Assembly (NCBI GenBank): GCA_041739995.1
Contig: JBGSMV010000026.1
Span: 1 to 64,000 of the forward strand
Source: Bdellovibrionota bacterium
GTDB taxonomy: Bacteria; Bdellovibrionota_C; UBA2361; JBGSMV01
Length of the DNA stretch: 64,000 nt
Direction of reading: 5' to 3'
Every line of letters begins with the position of its first letter. Position 1 is the stretch's first letter. Both the position numbers and the translations under genes were made by a program. The notes below the pieces were generated by a model. The model saw only the letters and a list, made by a program, of their open reading frames with translations. It did not search any database and was not told where the DNA came from. This document shows positions 8,756-19,205 of this stretch, piece by piece.

Positions 8756-10381
8756 ATGGATGTCATGGCTGACAAGAAAGCCTTTGACCCCAAGTCGCCG
8801 GCCAACACGTTTTACGTGTCAGGCCGCTGCTACATGGTCCCGAAGAATCCGGGGCCGAAGAATCTGACCGGCCTCGGTCGAACCACCTACCATTTTTGCT
8901 CTGACGGGGACAACCTCGCCAGCGTGATGTTTTTGGTGGTGCATGCCTTTGAGCAGGAGGAGCCTGACAGGCTCAAGAACGAAGCGGTGATCATGAATCG
9001 CGAACAGCTTGAACAGTGGGCGAACAAGGTGCTCACTCACCCGCTCGCCCACAAGCTGGCGCCGCATCAGGCATTGCCGGAAAACCAGCGTACCTGGCCG
9101 GCAGAGCGGAAGAAGAAAGCGGTGGCCTATGGCCCCGCGGTTTCAGCGGATCGGCGAGATTTTCTCTCGCACAAGTCCCAGGAGATCTGGGTCGGGTCGG
9201 CGTCAATCGAGTTTGATGGACGCGGTTTCTATCGCTTCAAACTCCCAGTGTTCTCCTTCCTCCTTGCGTGCGAACTCGCAGCCTACGTGCTGCGCGACGC
9301 CTCCGTTCAGGGTGGCGTGCCGGAATTGCCGGTGCGCCAACTTGACGATTGGGCCGGTTCCGGACTCGCTGCTGGAGTCTCTTCGCACTTTCCTACTCTC
9401 GCAGAGCGAGCAGCAGGGAAGACGGGGGAACAGATAGTGGCGAAGCCAGTTTCGACTGCGGCACCAGCCGTTCTTCCGCGAGGATTGCAGCCGAAGATCG
9501 TTCAGGTGAGTCCGAGTGGCGTTCCTGCGTCAGTGGTGCCGTCAGTGGTGCAGGAAGCGCCAGCGGCGACAGCCGGCAGTCTCATGCCGGCGGCGGAATC
9601 TGCCAGCACAGGTGTGCATGCGGGGATGCTTGACGATGTGCGTCTTTCGCCCAACTACAACACGCTTCTTACGGTGTTGGGTGAGCTCGCGACTCTGATG
9701 GGGGGTCTCCCCAAGGACGGTCGTGTAGAGGGACCAGTGAGCATGCTCAGGCTTGCTGCTGAGCAGCTCGCGAAGGAACTGCAGCGTTTCGGCTTTAAGC
9801 CGAATGAAGAAAAGCTCCTTCGTGCGTGGATGGCGAAGGCGCTCGAGCGCTTGCGCGTCGAGAAGCAGGGTGTCGAAGATACTCTGCGACAGTTCTTTGC
9901 AGACTCTCTAAAGGGCGCCGAAGCCAAAGTCGCTGCAGCAACTGCAGCGATGGCTGAGGTCGAAGCACAGCGTGCGGCACTCACTCGGGAAGCCGAGCAA
10001 GTCCGAGCTCTTGCGCAGGAGGCCAAGGACGAGATGGTTCTGCAGGCCGAAATCGACTGCGATGATCTTCGCGAAAAGGCGAGGAAGCAGATCGAGCAGG
10101 AGCGTACTGAACGTCTGGGGGATATCGAGGCACGATTGGCTCGAATCACCGCAGACGAGAAGACCGCAAACGAGCAGCTCGATGAGGTCATAGCGTTGAT
10201 CGGAGATCTTGAGACGGCGGAGCGTCGTCTTCAGGAATCACAGGCCGCGGTGTCTCAGCTCGCAGAGATCAAGAAAACTTTGGGATTGCCCGAAGTCGAA
10301 GAGCCGCCCGCGACTCTGTCGTTCGCGACTCTCGCGGCTCGCGTTAGGGAGGTAAGGGATCGTAAGCCGCAGTACGCCTAA
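8756..10381 (+). CDS. hypothetical protein with Pro/Ala linker and long C-terminal coiled coil
   Basis: 541-aa ORF; A/E/Q/R/K heptad-rich C-terminal half. Confidence 0.75.
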   Translation: MDVMADKKAFDPKSPANTFYVSGRCYMVPKNPGPKNLTGLGRTTYHFCSDGDNLASVMFLVVHAFEQEEPDRLKNEAVIMNREQLEQWANKVLTHPLAHKLAPHQALPENQRTWPAERKKKAVAYGPAVSADRRDFLSHKSQEIWVGSASIEFDGRGFYRFKLPVFSFLLACELAAYVLRDASVQGGVPELPVRQLDDWAGSGLAAGVSSHFPTLAERAAGKTGEQIVAKPVSTAAPAVLPRGLQPKIVQVSPSGVPASVVPSVVQEAPAATAGSLMPAAESASTGVHAGMLDDVRLSPNYNTLLTVLGELATLMGGLPKDGRVEGPVSMLRLAAEQLAKELQRFGFKPNEEKLLRAWMAKALERLRVEKQGVEDTLRQFFADSLKGAEAKVAAATAAMAEVEAQRAALTREAEQVRALAQEAKDEMVLQAEIDCDDLREKARKQIEQERTERLGDIEARLARITADEKTANEQLDEVIALIGDLETAERRLQESQAAVSQLAEIKKTLGLPEVEEPPATLSFATLAARVREVRDRKPQYA

Positions 10382-10440
10382 ACGCGTGCATGTGCGGACG
10401 CCTCTTGTCTTCGGTCTTGTCTCTGTTCGGCCCCTTCCCT

Positions 10441-10511
10441 ACGTTGGTGTGTTCAGGTTTTTTTGGAGGTTCATAGACCCCCACCTGTCGCACCGACGTT
10501 TATGTATTTTT
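10441..10511 (+). terminator. long imperfect hairpin followed by T-rich tract (probable terminator)
   Basis: acgttggtgtg...caggt...ggaggt / accccc acctg...gcaccgacgt, then tttatgtattttt. Confidence 0.4.
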
Positions 10512-10697
10512 GTGAGCTGTTGATCGCTGGACGTGTCTAGAACATGTGGCCCCAACCCGCTTCACTCAACTTCATGGCCAATGCTCTGAGGGGAAATGAA
10601 GCAGTAATGCCCATGTTAATCGCTAGTTCACCAGCATGACTAGGGAATCTAAAATTGATAGGGTAGCGTCGTTCCAAGAATGATGTGCATGTGACGT

Positions 10698-13001
10698 ATG
10701 AGTTCTCCGCAGCAACATAACCCAAGCAATCGTCGGCCACATACTCGTGGCTCAGACAAGGGCGCGCCCGCGACATCTGCCTCTGGGCCAGTTGCGCCAA
10801 ATAGTGGAGCGCCGGATATCCGAGGGGAGAACATTGGGGGCCCCAATTTTGGAGGACGGAGTTCTGGAGCAGTAGGGCGCGAGAGCAGTACTCGCGATCA
10901 AGGCGCTCGCCCTTCTGAGTCCCCCTCCGCTGCGCGCCCCGTTAAATTTCCCTTCGTGGGACTTCCGACCGTCGAGGCCACTGGCCCGTGGAACGAGTGG
11001 CTGCAGAAAGAGATCGGACGCGGCGGCCTCACACACCCACGAGCGAAACAGTATCATGCCGTCGCGGAACTCTTTCTTAAACACCTTTGGCACGAGCGCG
11101 GCATGCCGCTGTACGAGGGGCGTGTTACGGATCCGAGTAAAGAGGCGAGCAAGCGCCTCGGAGCTCAGATTCTTAGAGAACTCATTCCCACCATCGCCGA
11201 GTCCGATGTGAGTTCCTTTCATCGTGCGGTCGTCTCCGAGTACGGACGAGGACAGGCCGATGCAGCACGCGAGGTTTTGAACACCGCATTTCTTCCCATT
11301 CTTAGGGGGAAAGCCCCCTCGCCGATCGTGTTACAGGGAGCCTCGCGTCTTGATGCGGCGCTGCGTTATGCGACTACCGGAGAAATCGGCCCCTCGGCGT
11401 CAGAGCGAACGCAAAGAAGTATTCAAGACCTCTCGATTAAGGATGCTCCTCCGTTTTATGCGAAGTGGCTTGAACGAGTCCACAGCTTGCTCAATTCGAG
11501 CGACGAGGCTGGCTGGGTAGTAAGCGGAAGGGCGGGGGTCGTGCGGTCATATGTGCAGCATGTCATGAGCGAAGCGAAGGCGGAGCTCGGGTCGAGGGCC
11601 TCCATCAGCGCTATGCAGAGTGACGCTCAGCGCCGCATGTGTGAATGCGCGAGCGACTCTCTCGAAGCGTACCTCGAGCCGCTCAAAGACGGTCTCAAGA
11701 ACCAGAAATATCATACGCACCGTCAAGCTCTGCTCCAGCATTTTTATCCCTTCTTGCGTGAGAGCAAGCTGACCGACTTCGAACCTTTGTACGATTCAGT
11801 TTTTCTCCCTACAACTGCTCCGGTAGGCGATTGGTGGCCGCAGTTTTTCCACGATCTCGTTGCGCAAGTGCAAGCTGGGGAGAAACCTGAAGCGGCGCAG
11901 GGTTCGGGGTATGAGCCATTGTCTCGTGACGGAGCTGTGCGCAGCGGAAGAATCGCAAGGGCGCTAATCGAGTGGATTGCCTCGCAACCAGAGGTCAGCA
12001 CCGCGAGCAATCCTCAAGAGGCGCTTGAGCGTGAGCTATTTAGTAGTCCTCGTGAGCAGATGGTTACGTACTTAAGTGAACGCTTCACGCTCGATGATCA
12101 GTGGTTTGCTACGAGTTGGGGGGCGCTGCATCTTGGTTTCTTCTCGTCAATGAAGTCCCGCGGGAACTGCGGGTACAACGCGACCGCCCAGGTGTACATT
12201 CCACCTTCTGCTGAGTTCGTGCATCCGCTGGCGGAGTTTTGGGCCCAGGAAATACAAAAAGAAGTAGCACCCGCACGTCCCTCAGGGGCACACCCACCAC
12301 TTGCGCATCGTGCGGGGGTGATACGCGGGAAAACGCTGCAGATGTATCTTGAAGGCCTCGCACATAGCGTCGAGGCCAAAACCCTGATTCGTTCCGGAGA
12401 AGTTGAAGGAACGCGCGAGTCTCTGATTAATGAAGCAGTCACTTGTCTCGTCGACGATCAAGCACCACTGCGTATCGACGCCTTTTGTGCTGAACTGCAA
12501 CGGCAAGGCACTCCAGAGCGTGTAGCGACACAAGCATACTTGTTGCTGCGAAATGAGTTCTATCCAAAGGCACAGGCAGCAGGATTGCTGCATGGGCAGG
12601 ACTTCGCTCGACATGAGTTTATGCAGCGTTTTGCTCAGCCACTGCCGTTCTCCGCGTACGAGGAGTATCGTGAGAGCGTCTGGGAGCTTGTTACGGACAA
12701 AGCGCAGGGCATTCAAATGACACAGGCGTCGAGTCGCCTGCGTTGGGCCTACGCGTTTCTTGAATCCATCTGCGCGGATCGGGCTGCAGATCTCCGAGAC
12801 CTAGTGCCTTCTGATCCTCAGCGCGTGAGGCTCGAACTTGACCGGGCAGTGGAGCAGCGAGTTAGGCCTAATCCAACTGGCCAGGTCGAACCTTTCCTCG
12901 CGTCACTTGAGGGCAAGGAATCTCCCGTGACTATCGCACGCATTGTGCGTCCCGCACTGAACCAGGCTTTTTTGCCTTGGTATCAGTCTCGAACCACCTG
13001 A
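10698..13001 (+). CDS. hypothetical protein with about five tandem helical repeats resembling integrase core-binding (SAM-like) domains
   Basis: Repeats end in VLNTAFLPIL, ALLQHFYPFL, ALHLGFFSSM, LLRNEFYPKA and ALNQAFLPWY; disordered N-terminus; no catalytic recombinase domain. Confidence 0.7.
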   Translation: MSSPQQHNPSNRRPHTRGSDKGAPATSASGPVAPNSGAPDIRGENIGGPNFGGRSSGAVGRESSTRDQGARPSESPSAARPVKFPFVGLPTVEATGPWNEWLQKEIGRGGLTHPRAKQYHAVAELFLKHLWHERGMPLYEGRVTDPSKEASKRLGAQILRELIPTIAESDVSSFHRAVVSEYGRGQADAAREVLNTAFLPILRGKAPSPIVLQGASRLDAALRYATTGEIGPSASERTQRSIQDLSIKDAPPFYAKWLERVHSLLNSSDEAGWVVSGRAGVVRSYVQHVMSEAKAELGSRASISAMQSDAQRRMCECASDSLEAYLEPLKDGLKNQKYHTHRQALLQHFYPFLRESKLTDFEPLYDSVFLPTTAPVGDWWPQFFHDLVAQVQAGEKPEAAQGSGYEPLSRDGAVRSGRIARALIEWIASQPEVSTASNPQEALERELFSSPREQMVTYLSERFTLDDQWFATSWGALHLGFFSSMKSRGNCGYNATAQVYIPPSAEFVHPLAEFWAQEIQKEVAPARPSGAHPPLAHRAGVIRGKTLQMYLEGLAHSVEAKTLIRSGEVEGTRESLINEAVTCLVDDQAPLRIDAFCAELQRQGTPERVATQAYLLLRNEFYPKAQAAGLLHGQDFARHEFMQRFAQPLPFSAYEEYRESVWELVTDKAQGIQMTQASSRLRWAYAFLESICADRAADLRDLVPSDPQRVRLELDRAVEQRVRPNPTGQVEPFLASLEGKESPVTIARIVRPALNQAFLPWYQSRTT

Positions 13002-13346
13002 CATGCAGCGCACCCACACTCCTCTACGCTGGCAACGCGCACACCTAGGTTACATAGCGCTCTTTGGTTGCATGGATTAAGTGAGAAATTGGGAGGAGGA
13101 GGTCGCGACCAGTGACCTTTGTCGGACATGTCTAAGCGTCATGGCTTAAACAATCTCGACGTGTAACCTCCTCCAGCGCTGTTGTACTGCAACAGTTGTA
13201 CCGCAGTAGTCGTATCTCACGGACATACTGCGGCAGCACGGAAGCACTGAAGTTTGCAAAGAACATTCAAATGAAATGGTGCGAAGGAGATTCCTCTCGT
13301 CCGCACCGGATTTGGACTGTCGAACTGAAGGACAACCCATCCGATG

Positions 13347-14936
13347 TCACCTTTTGCCCTTGGGCTTCTCGGCGACTGAGATGTCGATCAGCGGGAGCAC
13401 CATGCGCTTCCCCATCATCGCCCGCATGCGGGCCAGCATCAGTCCGGACACTGCCGCGAAAACCACATCATCGGTGACGGGGTTCGAGCTGGCTTCCATG
13501 TAGCGGGTCAAGTTCGCCACCGCTTCGGTGACGATCAAGGCGCGCAGGACCTTCTCCTCGCGGAGATTACCACCGGCCTGCGCGATGATGCCCGAGATGT
13601 CGGGGTAGTCCATGTTGATGTAGAGCGTCCCGTCTCGGATCTCGGCCTTTCGGCCCTTGAGCTCCTCGTCGTTGACGCAGACATAGTCAAGCCGCGCTTT
13701 GGGCTTGCTCCGACTGCCACCTCTGTCTTCCCGTGGCGTAGCGTCGGCTCCTGACTTGCGCGTGCCGCCTGCCCGAATGAGGGTCTTCGGCAGCCCGACA
13801 GCCGGACCAGCAAGTCCGGCGAGTGCGCCCGAGCGGCGCAAACAGGCGTTGAGCAGCTCCTGGACAAGTTCTCGTTCGGGCTGGTCTTCCCAGTGCCGAC
13901 GTTTGAACGCCGCCAGAAACAGCTCCAACTGCTCCGGGATCTCGGCCTTGAACGCTTCTTGCGCTCCGAGCTCATCCCAGTTCTTGAACTCCGACCTGTC
14001 GTCGGAGGGAACGATGCGTTGGGACTTTGGAGTCCCGGACGGATCCTTGGCCACCACCACCAGCATCATGCGAGATGCTGCAGCGGTGATGCCCCAGCGA
14101 GCCAGCACTGCGCCGGCGTTTCGGTTCATGCCCCAGGACTTGTACACCCAACCATTCCAGCAGTAGTAGACCGTGTTGGGCTTGAACTCCCATTGGCAGA
14201 ACCGCATAGAGTCGAGTTCTTCCTGAGGCCTCATCACAGCCCAGTAGACATCGGCATTACCGACGTCCACCACGCCGTAGTTGCCATCCATGGCAACTCG
14301 CCGCTGCGCCTCAAGCAGGCCAACGACGGGTTCATCGCGTGTCGCTTCGCCATGCGGGCGGGCGACCGTGATGGTTCTACCGTTCTGCGGCTCAAGCGCC
14401 ATTCCATTCAGGAACTGATGCAGCTGGTTGGCGTTGTAGGGCAGCCCCTTGCAACGCACCAAGGTGCCGTGTCCAGACAGCGTCCGCGGAGTCGGGCAGG
14501 GGAAGATGATCTCTCCGTCCTGTTCAAGCGGGCCAAAAGTTCGGCGCCCGCCGGGCAGATCCTGCACGAAGAGTTCGAGGCGGTGAGCCTGATGGCCACC
14601 CTTGGCTAGCGAGATCCACTCGACGCCTTCGGGACTGAAGGGCACCACATAGTACTTGGCGCCCACGCCCTGATCGCCCGCTCCACCGACCTGGCCCCCG
14701 GAGGAGCCAAGACCAGCGAGATGCATCATCTCGTCTGGCTTCATGCCCCGACCGTTGTCGCGGCAACACAGCTCGCCCTGGGAACCAGGGAAGAACATGG
14801 CGTCGCCACCCGCGTGACGAAACACGTTCCTCAAGAGCTCTGCGGCCAGCATCATCGGATCCTGCAACGCGGTGCGTTGCGCGAAGAAGGTGGGATCGCC
14901 CACCGTCAACGGACGGGCCGTTCTTTTCGTTGTCAC
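13347..14936 (-). CDS. GHKL (HATPase_c / Hsp90-MORC-like) ATPase
   Basis: ELLRN (N box), DNGRGM (G1), GDQGVGAK (G2), GHGTLV (G3); GTG at 14936 with AAGGAAG SD preferred over the 15026 start. Confidence 0.8.
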   Translation of the reverse strand: MTTKRTARPLTVGDPTFFAQRTALQDPMMLAAELLRNVFRHAGGDAMFFPGSQGELCCRDNGRGMKPDEMMHLAGLGSSGGQVGGAGDQGVGAKYYVVPFSPEGVEWISLAKGGHQAHRLELFVQDLPGGRRTFGPLEQDGEIIFPCPTPRTLSGHGTLVRCKGLPYNANQLHQFLNGMALEPQNGRTITVARPHGEATRDEPVVGLLEAQRRVAMDGNYGVVDVGNADVYWAVMRPQEELDSMRFCQWEFKPNTVYYCWNGWVYKSWGMNRNAGAVLARWGITAAASRMMLVVVAKDPSGTPKSQRIVPSDDRSEFKNWDELGAQEAFKAEIPEQLELFLAAFKRRHWEDQPERELVQELLNACLRRSGALAGLAGPAVGLPKTLIRAGGTRKSGADATPREDRGGSRSKPKARLDYVCVNDEELKGRKAEIRDGTLYINMDYPDISGIIAQAGGNLREEKVLRALIVTEAVANLTRYMEASSNPVTDDVVFAAVSGLMLARMRAMMGKRMVLPLIDISVAEKPKGKR

Positions 14937-15592
14937 GTAGCACTTCCTTTCTTTGTTCCGAGGGGTCTTGTCTCTGCAGGTGCTGGCTACAAGCGCAGCA
15001 AAAATCCCGCAAACACATCGGCCCATACCGTCACTGGTAGACTCATGTATGAATGTTCTTCTAAGAAAACCTCCCTTCTCGTCGAACAGATGTTGACGAG
15101 GAATTCCTTAATTGGTCGCGACCTCCTCACGAGCGCAAGCGCAGGCCTGCACTCGTGAGAGGTGCGTTCGTCATCTACTCGATACCGAAGGTGAGAAAAG
15201 ATCGGGGCTGTCCATATCGCGACACAAAACCCACGCGGGCCCAGCGCCAAGGGTTCAATAGTTGCGATACGTGGGCTTCCTGCCCTGACGGAAAGATCCT
15301 GTGTAAAGAGTCCCTTAGACGGGAGAAGGCCATTCTAAGGGCGACCCCTTGGCTAAGCAAAAACTTCCTACGTTTTTTGAGTAGCACTCGGGCTAGTCGT
15401 ATAGTGAGCGGCTGTCCTCGTTGGAGGCGCTACAATCTGCGTTGGGTAGAGGGAGACTCGTGCGTCGTTCGCAGATCCGCACTTATTCTGGGTGTTTGCC
15501 TGGATACGGTGCGAATCTGCCGGCGACGCATGCTTTCAGTGTGAAAGGTGCAAAGTATCTAGAGGTTCTCATAAGAAGAAAGGAGGTGCCGC

Positions 15593-16423
15593 ATGGCTCT
15601 CACTCCCGTGGTGGCACTTGTCCATACCGAGGAACTTGGTCTGATAGCGGTCGGCAATGACCGCTTCCAGATCATCCCCATCCTGGTGGATGGGAAGGAA
15701 ATCATGGGTGACGATTGCGAAATCGCCTCCTGTGATTGGTCAGGGCTCGTGACTTTGGTGAGCGCGTTGCTGCATAGCGACGCGCTACAGATCGTTCGCG
15801 CTGCGGCGCTGCCCTCGTTTCGCGCTTCCAAGCGCTCGGAGGATCCGGCGAACTTGGTGGACACGTATCTGTGGCTGCCGCCCTTCGGAACTAACCCAAC
15901 CGAGCGCCACGTTCTCGAACAGGGCAGGCGAACTATCCTTCACCTTGGCGAAGAGCCTGTGGTTGAAGACATCGGCGGCGGCGAATTCCGTCACGGCTCT
16001 CTTTGGGTCAAGGAACGCGGCGCGGAGGTCTTGTTGGTCAGCTCTGCAGATCCAACAAAACCTGCAAGCTTCTCCGGATCGGAGTTGTTCGCGTTCGCGC
16101 TTCGGGTGTTGGTTGACATCCGAACCGAAGGCGTCGACGATGGTCGGCAGTGGATGCCTTGGTTGGTCCCAGTGCTGAGAGGTCACTTTGGCCTCACGCT
16201 CGACGCTGCTGAGCAGGTGGAAACAGCGCAATTTGATGCGCTACCTGCGAGTGACTCAGTCATGGGCGAAGACTCGGGCAGCCCGGCGTCAGTGGCAGAT
16301 GAAGCGATGGCGGAAGCCGTCGTTGCCTCAAATGTCGAAGCTCCGCTTCGAGCTCGTGCCTGGCGAGTGTTCGAAGCTGCAATGATCGCCAAAGGACTGA
16401 ATCCTGGCAGTGATCCGACCTAA
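15593..16423 (+). CDS. hypothetical protein
   Basis: 276-aa ORF with strong AAGGAGGTG SD. Confidence 0.75.
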   Translation: MALTPVVALVHTEELGLIAVGNDRFQIIPILVDGKEIMGDDCEIASCDWSGLVTLVSALLHSDALQIVRAAALPSFRASKRSEDPANLVDTYLWLPPFGTNPTERHVLEQGRRTILHLGEEPVVEDIGGGEFRHGSLWVKERGAEVLLVSSADPTKPASFSGSELFAFALRVLVDIRTEGVDDGRQWMPWLVPVLRGHFGLTLDAAEQVETAQFDALPASDSVMGEDSGSPASVADEAMAEAVVASNVEAPLRARAWRVFEAAMIAKGLNPGSDPT

Positions 16424-16580
16424 GAAGCGCCGCCGCTTCGTCAACTTCAGTCTCATGAAGACCTTTGGGCGCGATTTTCTGCCCTCCGTTCCCGAGGTGG
16501 TCGCATGGCGTAGGTTCATCAACAACCAGTTAGGAACCTGAAAGTCATGCGCCGCCTCGTCTCTAAAGTGGCTCCCCCAA

Positions 16581-17159
16581 CTAACGCGATCTTTTCGCCT
16601 TCACGGGACCGATACGAGTACCGTCTACGCGCGCTCGCACGAGTGCGGCAAGTGAGCGTGGTCCCGTGATAATTTCGTCCGTAATGAGCAGACCGATTAC
16701 TGCAGCGGCTTTGCCATTGGCCACATCGGCTTTTGAGAAGTACTCCTCTGGCGACCAAGGGAACTCATTGATAAGGCAAGGGCCTTTCTCTGGATTGGCG
16801 GGATCGATGCCGATAGAGATATAGTGATCGAAGCGCTCCGCCACTCCGAATGCCACTGAGCATCTGCTAAGAGTGATTTTACTATTGGGCATTAAGCTGA
16901 CGTACTTAGCGACAGTTTCTACTCCGAGCAGAGTGGCCATCGCTCTCGTGACCTTGCGTAGGGCCTCTGGGTGTGGGGTGCCAGTAGCCGGCGAGTAGCG
17001 ATCGCGTATGAACCTCTCGCCGGGAACATCAACCGGAAGTTTTAGCGAAAGGCTCGCTAGGTCTTCTGCTGCCGCTCGCCTGACATTTTTTCGAGCTTCG
17101 AGCTTCGTACTCCTGCCTTGATGCATGTGTGTATTGCCTATTCTCTTCCTATTTCTCAA
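16581..17159 (-). CDS. hypothetical protein
   Basis: 192-aa ORF; no motif recognised. Confidence 0.45.
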   Translation of the reverse strand: MRNRKRIGNTHMHQGRSTKLEARKNVRRAAAEDLASLSLKLPVDVPGERFIRDRYSPATGTPHPEALRKVTRAMATLLGVETVAKYVSLMPNSKITLSRCSVAFGVAERFDHYISIGIDPANPEKGPCLINEFPWSPEEYFSKADVANGKAAAVIGLLITDEIITGPRSLAALVRARVDGTRIGPVKAKRSR

Positions 17160-17759
17160 TTGCCGCCGGAGTTGGAAGGCTCTCCTCGCGCATGATATGA
17201 GCCTGCGGGAAGCCTCATCGAGAGAGTTTCAAGCCGCTTGTCAGCAAGCATCTGTGTATGTTGACGCAGGGTTGTGGCCTGCGCGCTTGGCACCTGTGTG
17301 CATTTACTCTCATGACGGAAGCTCGATTACGCAAAGACAAATCCCGACTGATTGCGCTCTTCCGAATACAGGTCTCGAACTGAGATGCTGCACGATTAAG
17401 CGTGTATGAGAGTTATGCCGCTATTCTGCCTAAAAGAGCATTAAATCTACAAAATACTATAATCCACGAAATAATAGGCTTAAATCAGCTATATACAGTT
17501 TATGTTATGACTAAAAAAGGCATTTACAAGATCACTGCAGGCCCTAACAGGATGATTTCTGGCCCTGGGGCGATTTCCTCTCAATCGGGGAGGGAGGCTC
17601 TCTAAGCCGCTACAATGAGCTGGTCTTTCGTCTAGGAAATTTGAATGTCCAAGTATCACTAGGGGGAGCGAAATGATGCCCTTGGATGTCTCATACGTAC
17701 AGATAGCTACCTCCCATTTTAGCCGATTCCATAAAGACATCTGCGATATGAGCCGACCT

Positions 17760-18596
17760 ACGTTCGGGGCCTACCTGTGACACCTGCAAGCACTCGTTTC
17801 TTGTAGCCTTTTCATGCAAAAGGAGAGGACTTTGCCCCGCATGCAACGCCAGGCGCGCGGTCAAGTTTGGGTAACACCACTATGACTCGGTGCTTGAGCG
17901 TGTACCGCACGGCTCGACTGAGCTCGCCGAAGTCCGGCACTGCGGCTTTACGCTCCCCAAACGACTCAGGGTGTTTTTCCGGAACGACCGGAGCCTTCTT
18001 GATGTCCTCTTTAAGGCAGCAGGGAGTGCGGTGCAAACCGTCCTTGGGTCGGATACTCAAACCTCAGCACTTATCCTTACTGTGCAGACCGCGGGTGAGG
18101 CGTTGAACTTCAACCCACATCTTCATGGACTGCTCGCCGATGGCACCTTCGACGAAGCCGGAGTCTTCACCCCGTTGGCAGCGATCGATACCGAGCGCAT
18201 GGCGGAGCAATTTAGGGACGGGGTTCTTGCTGCACTGGTCACCCGGGGGCTTATCACCGACGAGGTGCCGGCTCAAATTCTTTCACAGGAGCACGCAGGT
18301 TTCGGTGCGCTTGTCCCGCCGAAGCGTTCTTGCGAAGGGGGATGGGTAGGGGACCCGTTTACGGAGGAAGACCGCATTAGGTTTGTTGCGCGCTATATTG
18401 AGAGGGGACCGCTCTCACTCGAGAAGCTTGATATCGCCGACAACATCGTCGTGTACACCACCAATGACGGACGCACACACGAGTGCGATGCACTAGAATT
18501 CCGAGCGCTCATGTCGTGCCACATGAAACAATCCGGCGGAGTTAGAACTATCTCGGGTAGGTAACTCGATGGGTTAGATCGATTTTCCTATGCCCC
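17760..18596 (+). mobile_element. IS91/ISCR-family transposase pseudogene (copy B, longest) with oriIS-like end
   Basis: Zn-finger CDTCKHSFLVAFSCKRRGLCPACNARR, in-frame TAA at about 17872, then VPH[REP]RHCGFTLPKRLR, NPHLHG (HUH), RYIERGP; ends ttttcctatgccc. Confidence 0.9.
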
Positions 18597-18597
18597 A

Positions 18598-18767
18598 CTG
18601 AGCACCCTCTCACTCTAAAAATCCCGTCGCTTCGCACCAAGGGGGGGCATTCCAACGCTTCTCCGCGCGTCAGTTCATCAGCTCTTTAACCACATGAAAC
18701 AATCCGGCAGAGTTAGAACTATCTTGGTTCGTTAACTCGATGGGTTAGATCGGTTTTCCTATGCCCC
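18598..18767 (+). mobile_element. IS91-like 3' non-coding end (copy C) in tandem directly after copy B
   Basis: Near-identical to 38130-38298; ends ggttttcctatgccc. Confidence 0.85.
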
Positions 18768-18919
18768 ACTACCGAGAGCCCAGCCGCATCATCAGAGGCG
18801 TTATTGATCCGACTTCCCGAGGACAATCGCTCAAGCGTTCGAGACAGCGCACCAGTAGCATCCGAAAGTTGCCGTTGAGCGTCTATGCTGGCGATATTAT
18901 TTCTGATGCGAACGGTCAC
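18768..18919 (-). pseudogene. flagellin N-terminal fragment truncated at the IS91-like end
   Basis: (M)TVRIRNNIASIDAQRQLSDATGALSRTLERLSSGSRINNASDDAAGLSV; AAGGAAG SD. Confidence 0.85.
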
Positions 18920-19205
18920 GTACCACACTTCCTTATGCATGAGAGCTCTAAATTCCGAGGATTCCACCTCACTCTCCTGGTCGGCATAAGCGGGCTAACG
19001 ACCTTACAATCCGCACATAATCTCACCCGAAGGGCGCTCCGGGGACCCCGCTGGAGCGCCTTGGGCTAGAGGTTCCTTGGAGATCAGCTTTCTGGCTGAG
19101 TTGATCTAGTAGTATCTCATATGGGTTGTTCGGACGGCCGTCACTGCATGTCGCCAGTAGTTTCAAACGGCGCGGCATCCTCGAAGCCTCCCATCCGCAA
19201 CAATC

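Noticed and set aside
13347..14936. Calling the GHKL ATPase mutL, gyrB or htpG
   Set aside because: It lacks the family-specific motifs and domains.
13535..15158. Multiple long alternative-frame ORFs over the GHKL gene
   Set aside because: Expected shadows of a high-GC3 coding sequence.
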